Shown here piece by piece: positions 30,142 to 34,408 of a DNA stretch of 34,408 nucleotides. The DNA is from an uncultured Candidatus Actinomarina sp. Its GTDB lineage: Bacteria; Actinomycetota; Acidimicrobiia; Actinomarinales; Actinomarinaceae. The DNA is taken from the NCBI GenBank assembly GCA_902634185.1, contig CACPJC010000007.1, positions 1 through 34,408 of the forward strand, in the 5' to 3' direction. The notes beneath the pieces were generated by a model, which did no database searches, was not told where the DNA came from, and worked only from the letters and a program-made list of their open reading frames with translations. The position numbers and the translations under genes are program-made. Each line of letters starts with the position of its first letter. Position 1 is the first letter of the stretch.

Positions 30142-31427
30142 TAAAACTGTTCTTCTTCAGTGGACCCCTCTAGTGCTAATGTTGAGGCATCTCCTCCAGA
30201 AATAATTGTTGATACTTTATCAAAATAACCAGCTCCAACTTCTCTCTGGTGTTTTACTGACGTAAACCCTTTTTCTTCAAGTGAGAATTCTTTCTCCTGA
30301 AGCTCGACATAAGATGACATATTTCCACCTTTGTAATTTGAAGCTAGTTCAAACATTGAAGTGTTTAAGGCATGAAACCCTGCCAATGTGATGAACTGAA
30401 ATTTGTAACCAAATGAATTTAATTGCTCTTGAAATGTTTCTATTTCTTTTTCATTTAAAGAGGCTTTCCAATTAAAAGATGGAGAACAATTATAAGCCAT
30501 CAGCTTGTTTGGATACTTGTCATGAATTGCATCTGCAAAATCCTTTGCAAAACCGAGGTCAGGTTTTCCAGTTTCACACCAAACCAAATCAGAATAAGGA
30601 GCATAAGAAAGTGCTCTTGAGATAGCTGCATCTGGACCATTGTCTACTCTGTAAAATCCTTCTGCTGTTCTTTCTCCAGTAACAAATTCTGCATCAATTT
30701 CATCGATGTCACTTGTGAGTAAATTTGCACCCAAAGCATCAGTTCTTGCAATGATTACAAGTGGAACACCAAGAGTATCGGCTGCTAGTCTAGCAGATGT
30801 TAATGTTCGAATATGCTGACTAGTAGGGACTAAAACTTTTCCACCCATATGTCCACATTTTTTTTCTGCGGCAAGCTGATCTTCAAAATGAACCGCGGCA
30901 ACACCAGCTTCAATGAATTTTTTAGTAAGTTCAAACACATTTAATGCTCCACCAAAACCTGCTTCTCCATCTGCAACAATTGGAACAATATAATTTGTAG
31001 AATCGATACCGTCAGTTTTATCAACTTGCTCAGCTCTTAATAAAGCATTATTTATTTTTTTGGCAAGGTTGGGTGCACTATTGCTTGGATATAATGATTG
31101 ATCAGGATAAGTTGTATCTCCAAGGTTTGAGTCAGCTGCAACCTGCCAACCACTTAAATAAATTGCTTCAAGCCCAGCCTTTGCCATCTGCACTGCTTGA
31201 TTGCCTGATAATGCGCCTAAAGCTGAAACCCACTCATCTTTACGGTTGAGTAAGTTCCATAAATTTGTTGAACCATTTTGAGACAGGGAATACTCAATTT
31301 GAATGGAATTTCTTAACGAAACAACATCTTCAGCAGAAAAGTTACGCTTTGTATCTTTCCACCTGGGGTTTGTTTCCCATTCTTCACTCAGTAAAGAGGG
31401 ATCCAAATGATTTTTATTCTCCATCAT
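30141..31427 (-). CDS. aceA: Isocitrate lyase
   Basis: [37 protein letters not shown]. Likely start is ATG 31427 or 31424, overlapping the upstream ORF stop. Confidence 0.98.
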   Translation of the reverse strand: MMENKNHLDPSLLSEEWETNPRWKDTKRNFSAEDVVSLRNSIQIEYSLSQNGSTNLWNLLNRKDEWVSALGALSGNQAVQMAKAGLEAIYLSGWQVAADSNLGDTTYPDQSLYPSNSAPNLAKKINNALLRAEQVDKTDGIDSTNYIVPIVADGEAGFGGALNVFELTKKFIEAGVAAVHFEDQLAAEKKCGHMGGKVLVPTSQHIRTLTSARLAADTLGVPLVIIARTDALGANLLTSDIDEIDAEFVTGERTAEGFYRVDNGPDAAISRALSYAPYSDLVWCETGKPDLGFAKDFADAIHDKYPNKLMAYNCSPSFNWKASLNEKEIETFQEQLNSFGYKFQFITLAGFHALNTSMFELASNYKGGNMSSYVELQEKEFSLEEKGFTSVKHQREVGAGYFDKVSTIISGGDASTLALEGSTEEEQF

Positions 31428-31638
31428 AAAAACTTTCGTAAATGTCATCTTTTGTTTGTTTTAATTTTTTTGCAACATTTCGATAAGTTTGTACAATTCC
31501 TATTTTTTTCAAAAAGTTGTAAGGAGCCCTAAAAATTTTATCTTCAAAAGAAAGAAAATTATTCACAAATTTTGAAGAATTCTTTTCATCGTCTTTTTCG
31601 TAATATTCTTCATCGTAAAATGTATTCTCGTCTATCAT
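31414..31638 (-). CDS. Hypothetical 74-aa protein, first cistron of the aceAB operon
   Basis: SD-like GAAAGGA about 7 nt before the ATG; stop overlaps the aceA start. Confidence 0.65.
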   Translation of the reverse strand: MIDENTFYDEEYYEKDDEKNSSKFVNNFLSFEDKIFRAPYNFLKKIGIVQTYRNVAKKLKQTKDDIYESFYDGE

Positions 31639-31650
31639 TTTTTTCCTTTC

Positions 31651-31676
31651 AAAAAAAATCCGGGCTATTTGCCCGG
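31651..31676 (-). terminator. Intrinsic terminator (3:4 hairpin of the attenuator)
   Basis: CCGGGC-AAATA-GCCCGG-A-T8 on the minus strand, ending 12 nt before the next ATG. Confidence 0.9.
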
Positions 31677-31703
31677 TCCATCAAACGCATAAGACAGGGC
31701 TGA

Positions 31704-31748
31704 TTATGTATAAATCACCACTACTTTTGACGCGTTTAAATTTTGCAT
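31704..31748 (-). CDS. Putative leaderless attenuator leader peptide MQNLNASKVVVIYT
   Basis: ATG CAA AAT TTA AAC GCG TCA AAA GTA GTG GTG ATT TAT ACA TAA; the ATG is 6 nt after an extended -10. Confidence 0.7.
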   Translation of the reverse strand: MQNLNASKVVVIYT

Positions 31749-31754
31749 GAAAAC

Positions 31755-31763
31755 AATATAGCA
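31755..31763 (-). promoter_or_regulatory. Extended -10 promoter TGC-TATATT
   Basis: TGn-TAnnnT placed so that +1 falls on the A of ATG 31748, the same geometry as other gene starts in this window. Confidence 0.65.
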
Positions 31764-31798
31764 GTCATTCAAAAATAATGTATTCGATTTTTGTTAAA

Positions 31799-32863
31799 TT
31801 AATTCTGACTCGCAGCCACACTAGCAATTATTACAGTTAATGTGATAACCCCTGCTGCAGCGATAAGCACTTCGTTTCTAGTAATTTTAATCTTTGGCGC
31901 AGAACTCATCACCGAAGCAAATAGTAAAATTGCCGCAGATATTATAAGAGCAAATAAAGGTGCATAATCGTGAAAATTAATAAATACTTGAGAAATTAAA
32001 ACTGATATTACACCACCAAATAAAATTGCCCCCAACGGAATTACAATAGATCCAGTCACTCTATTTCTAATTACATTTGCCTCTTTCAGCTCATATAAGT
32101 CCAAACCTTTAGGTATACCAAGGACGATCACGATTGAAGCAATTATTGCTTGAGAGACAGTTGAGAACAATACAATCCTCCAAAAAGATCCAATTACTGG
32201 AATTAGATAGGTCGTAACGTCGTCTTCAAGTATTGCTTCAATTGTTACACCAATATCTGAAGTTATTACAAATCCAATTGAAGAACCAAATATTAAACCA
32301 AGGCCAACTCCAAGAAATAACGACTCCCTATCATTTGTAAGAATTCCAAAACCTTCATAATTTTTTTCAAGAATTTTTTTTAAGTTTATTGAACTTATTA
32401 CAGCAAAAAAAGTTGTAGTTAAAGCAATATTCAAAATGTACTGAGTAGGCGTATAGTTTGCAATTAAATTTAGAGTTTCAGACTCAAGAATTAGACCTTC
32501 ATAAAGATATGAACTTACAATAAACGCCTGAATAAACCCAGCAACGATTCCAAAAACTGTTCCGTACTGTAAAGCTCTAAAAATTTTAACTGAGAGTTGA
32601 GCTGGTGGGGGAATATCTTCATCAACATAACTAAGCACTGTTTCTACTGGAGCCTCTTCTACAACCGTTTCTACTGGAGCCTCTTCTACAACCGTTTCTA
32701 CTGGAGCAGAACTCACTGCTGGAGCTTCTCCGCTGGACCAACTTGCGAGAATTGCGTTAACATCAACTCCATTAGCTTGCGCTCTAGCCTGTGCTGAACG
32801 AGAAACCAATTCTTGAGGTACACCTGTATCTGTACTTATTTGTTCTACTAATTTTTCGTCCAT
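31799..32863 (-). CDS. Hypothetical multi-pass membrane protein at the end of the cytochrome oxidase operon
   Basis: Small soluble helical N-domain, acidic repeat linker, about seven hydrophobic segments; 16 nt downstream of ctaG. Confidence 0.75.
   Translation of the reverse strand: MDEKLVEQISTDTGVPQELVSRSAQARAQANGVDVNAILASWSSGEAPAVSSAPVETVVEEAPVETVVEEAPVETVLSYVDEDIPPPAQLSVKIFRALQYGTVFGIVAGFIQAFIVSSYLYEGLILESETLNLIANYTPTQYILNIALTTTFFAVISSINLKKILEKNYEGFGILTNDRESLFLGVGLGLIFGSSIGFVITSDIGVTIEAILEDDVTTYLIPVIGSFWRIVLFSTVSQAIIASIVIVLGIPKGLDLYELKEANVIRNRVTGSIVIPLGAILFGGVISVLISQVFINFHDYAPLFALIISAAILLFASVMSSAPKIKITRNEVLIAAAGVITLTVIIASVAASQN
32640..32707 (-). repeat. 27-bp perfect tandem repeat (about 2.5 copies) encoding APVETVVEE
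   Basis: Plus-strand GTTTCTACTGGAGCCTCTTCTACAACC at 32640 and 32667, partial copy at 32694. Confidence 0.95.
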
Positions 32864-32879
32864 AGGATTTATTTAAATT

Positions 32880-33656
32880 TTAGTCTGATGAGACATTTCT
32901 AACCACGTCATCAAAGGTTTTTTCTGTTTTGTACCATCTCATCCAAATTGTTAAAATTGATACCCAAAGAATTATTCCTCCACCTAATTTCAAAATTAAT
33001 CCACCAAGAACCTGGTCATTCAAAGTAGAAATATTAAATATGTTATCAATGCCAACATATGCTGAATATAGAGGTTCGGTACCAAATGCTAAGAAACTTG
33101 CAGGCACTGTCGGTAATAATGATTGTAAGAACAGGTATCCTATGCTTGCAGCCGAACTTAACCTTTTTACTTCATCGCTGAAACCAATAACCGGGACCCA
33201 CATGTTAAGTGATACAAGCAACATTATTGAATGTACAAAAAAATGGAATATATGATTTGTGACCATCAAGTTAACAACTGTACTCCAATGCATCCCTACC
33301 ATTACAAAATTAAATAAAAAGAAAGCAACTACAGGTTTACTAGTGATTTTAAGTAGATTTATAAAAGGTTTTATTGATATTAGTTTTTTCTGTGAACTGT
33401 GTAGACCAAGAAGAAGCAATGGGGGAGAAACAAGCGCCAGTACAAGATGCTCAACAGAGTGAACTGAAAATAAATACTTTTCTCCAATATCATGTATTGG
33501 CCAGTCTGTAAAGAGCCAGAGAATAAACAAGCCAGAATACCAAAATTTTCTTTTTGGTTTTTTTAATTCATTGTTATCGGTTGTGTATTCAAAAAATATA
33601 ACTAATGAGATAATAAGTGCCCATACGTCAAAATGTGGATGCCATTCAAGAATCAT
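32880..33656 (-). CDS. ctaG: Cytochrome c oxidase assembly protein (caa3-type CtaG)
   Basis: YLFSVHSVEHL...PPLLLLG, MHW, HFFVH, MWVPV, DQVLGGLILK; adjacent to cox subunits. Confidence 0.85.
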   Translation of the reverse strand: MILEWHPHFDVWALIISLVIFFEYTTDNNELKKPKRKFWYSGLFILWLFTDWPIHDIGEKYLFSVHSVEHLVLALVSPPLLLLGLHSSQKKLISIKPFINLLKITSKPVVAFFLFNFVMVGMHWSTVVNLMVTNHIFHFFVHSIMLLVSLNMWVPVIGFSDEVKRLSSAASIGYLFLQSLLPTVPASFLAFGTEPLYSAYVGIDNIFNISTLNDQVLGGLILKLGGGIILWVSILTIWMRWYKTEKTFDDVVRNVSSD

Positions 33657-33657
33657 G

Positions 33658-33957
33658 TTAAAAGAAATTACCTACAGCACGCTCAATCATTACAATTGCA
33701 AACAATATCAAAGCAAGAATCATTCCACCTGCGAAAAATTTATTTACCAAACTATTTTCATATCTTAAGTGCATAAACCAACCAACCACAATTACAAATT
33801 TCCCAACAGCTAAAATAATCAATAATGGTGGTGCAAGAGCGCCAACAATATCTTCTGTGTAATATAGTGCAACCTCTATTGCTGTAAGTATTGCTAGAAC
33901 AATTGCAATTTGTACATATTTTGTTGGGCTGGGGTGTTCTTTATGTGTTTCTGACAT
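33658..33957 (-). CDS. Cytochrome c oxidase subunit IV (prokaryotic)
   Basis: Y..IAIVLAILTAIEV, KF..VVGWFMHLRYE. The real start is ATG 33957, in a TAATG overlap with subunit III. Confidence 0.88.
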   Translation of the reverse strand: MSETHKEHPSPTKYVQIAIVLAILTAIEVALYYTEDIVGALAPPLLIILAVGKFVIVVGWFMHLRYENSLVNKFFAGGMILALILFAIVMIERAVGNFF

Positions 33958-34406
33958 TAGATAAGATAGACTACCGTAAACAACACAATCCAAACAATGT
34001 CAACAAAGTGCCAATAAAGTGCAATAAATTCAAGATTCATACCTTCATTTAAAGATAGGCCTTTTTGTCTTTGTCCAATGCCCCATAAAGCTAGTAACAA
34101 AACAACACCAATAAATACATGAAGTCCATGAAAGCCAGTCAAAACATAAAAAGTTGAACTAAAGATGTTGGTTGATAGTTCAAACCCCTTATGATAAAAC
34201 TCTGTAAACTCATAAATTTGACCAGCTAAAAAAACAGCACCAAGCATAGCTGTTGCAAGTAACCAAACCCTAGTTTTTTCTTGATCATTAGTCTCAAGGG
34301 CGTTGTGCGCGAGGACCATTGTTAATGAACTCATTAACAAGACGAAAGAACTGACAGATGTAAATGGAATATCGTAAACATCAGTTAATTTGATACCTGG
34401 AAAATC
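33957..34406 (-). CDS. ctaE: Cytochrome c oxidase subunit III (5' part outside the window)
   Basis: Frame open to the window edge; LLMSSLTM, FYVLTGFHGLHV, LYWHFVDIVW. Confidence 0.95.
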   Translation of the reverse strand, partial: DFPGIKLTDVYDIPFTSVSSFVLLMSSLTMVLAHNALETNDQEKTRVWLLATAMLGAVFLAGQIYEFTEFYHKGFELSTNIFSSTFYVLTGFHGLHVFIGVVLLLALWGIGQRQKGLSLNEGMNLEFIALYWHFVDIVWIVLFTVVYLI

Positions 34407-34408
34407 CC

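Noticed and set aside
31651-31750. Glycine or other known riboswitch upstream of aceA/aceB (a glycine riboswitch precedes malate synthase in SAR11)
   Set aside because: No GGAGA...CCGAAG...CUCUCAGG glycine-aptamer motifs, and no SAM, TPP or cobalamin cores that I recognise. The leader-peptide model explains the helices better. An Rfam scan is still needed.
32640-32707. Possible CRISPR array
   Set aside because: Head-to-tail repeats with no spacers, in frame within a CDS, and no cas genes.

Overview
AT-rich, very densely packed bacterial chromosome segment. The dnaK-grpE-dnaJ-hspR operon is actinobacterial, and the low GC, abutting or overlapping genes and many apparently leaderless starts suggest a streamlined marine actinobacterium such as Ca. 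Actinomarinales (inference). Content is mostly housekeeping and metabolic: an Aap-type amino-acid ABC transporter, M20 amidohydrolase, K+ channel, heat-shock operon, proC, a FadF/EtfD-like Fe-S oxidoreductase, nadE, selD, rmuC, acyl-CoA dehydrogenase, the glyoxylate shunt (aceA-aceB) and the 3' end of a cytochrome c oxidase operon. I saw no mobile elements, tRNA/rRNA genes or CRISPR arrays. The best signals are missed by the ORF track. (1) A complete ribosome-dependent transcription attenuator architecture at 31651-31763 (minus strand) sits directly in front of an orphan ORF-aceA-aceB-SDR operon. It has a leaderless 14-aa peptide with Val-Val-Val-Ile and mutually exclusive 1:2, 2:3 and 3:4 hairpins, suggesting branched-chain amino acid control of the glyoxylate shunt. 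(2) selD has an in-frame UGA (Sec) with a SECIS-like hairpin. (3) A lipoyl/biotinyl-fold segment lies inside an ABC permease. (4) A CCCH zinc-finger microprotein heads a dnaK operon whose DnaJ has lost its zinc finger. All family calls come from motif recognition by eye, not database searches.
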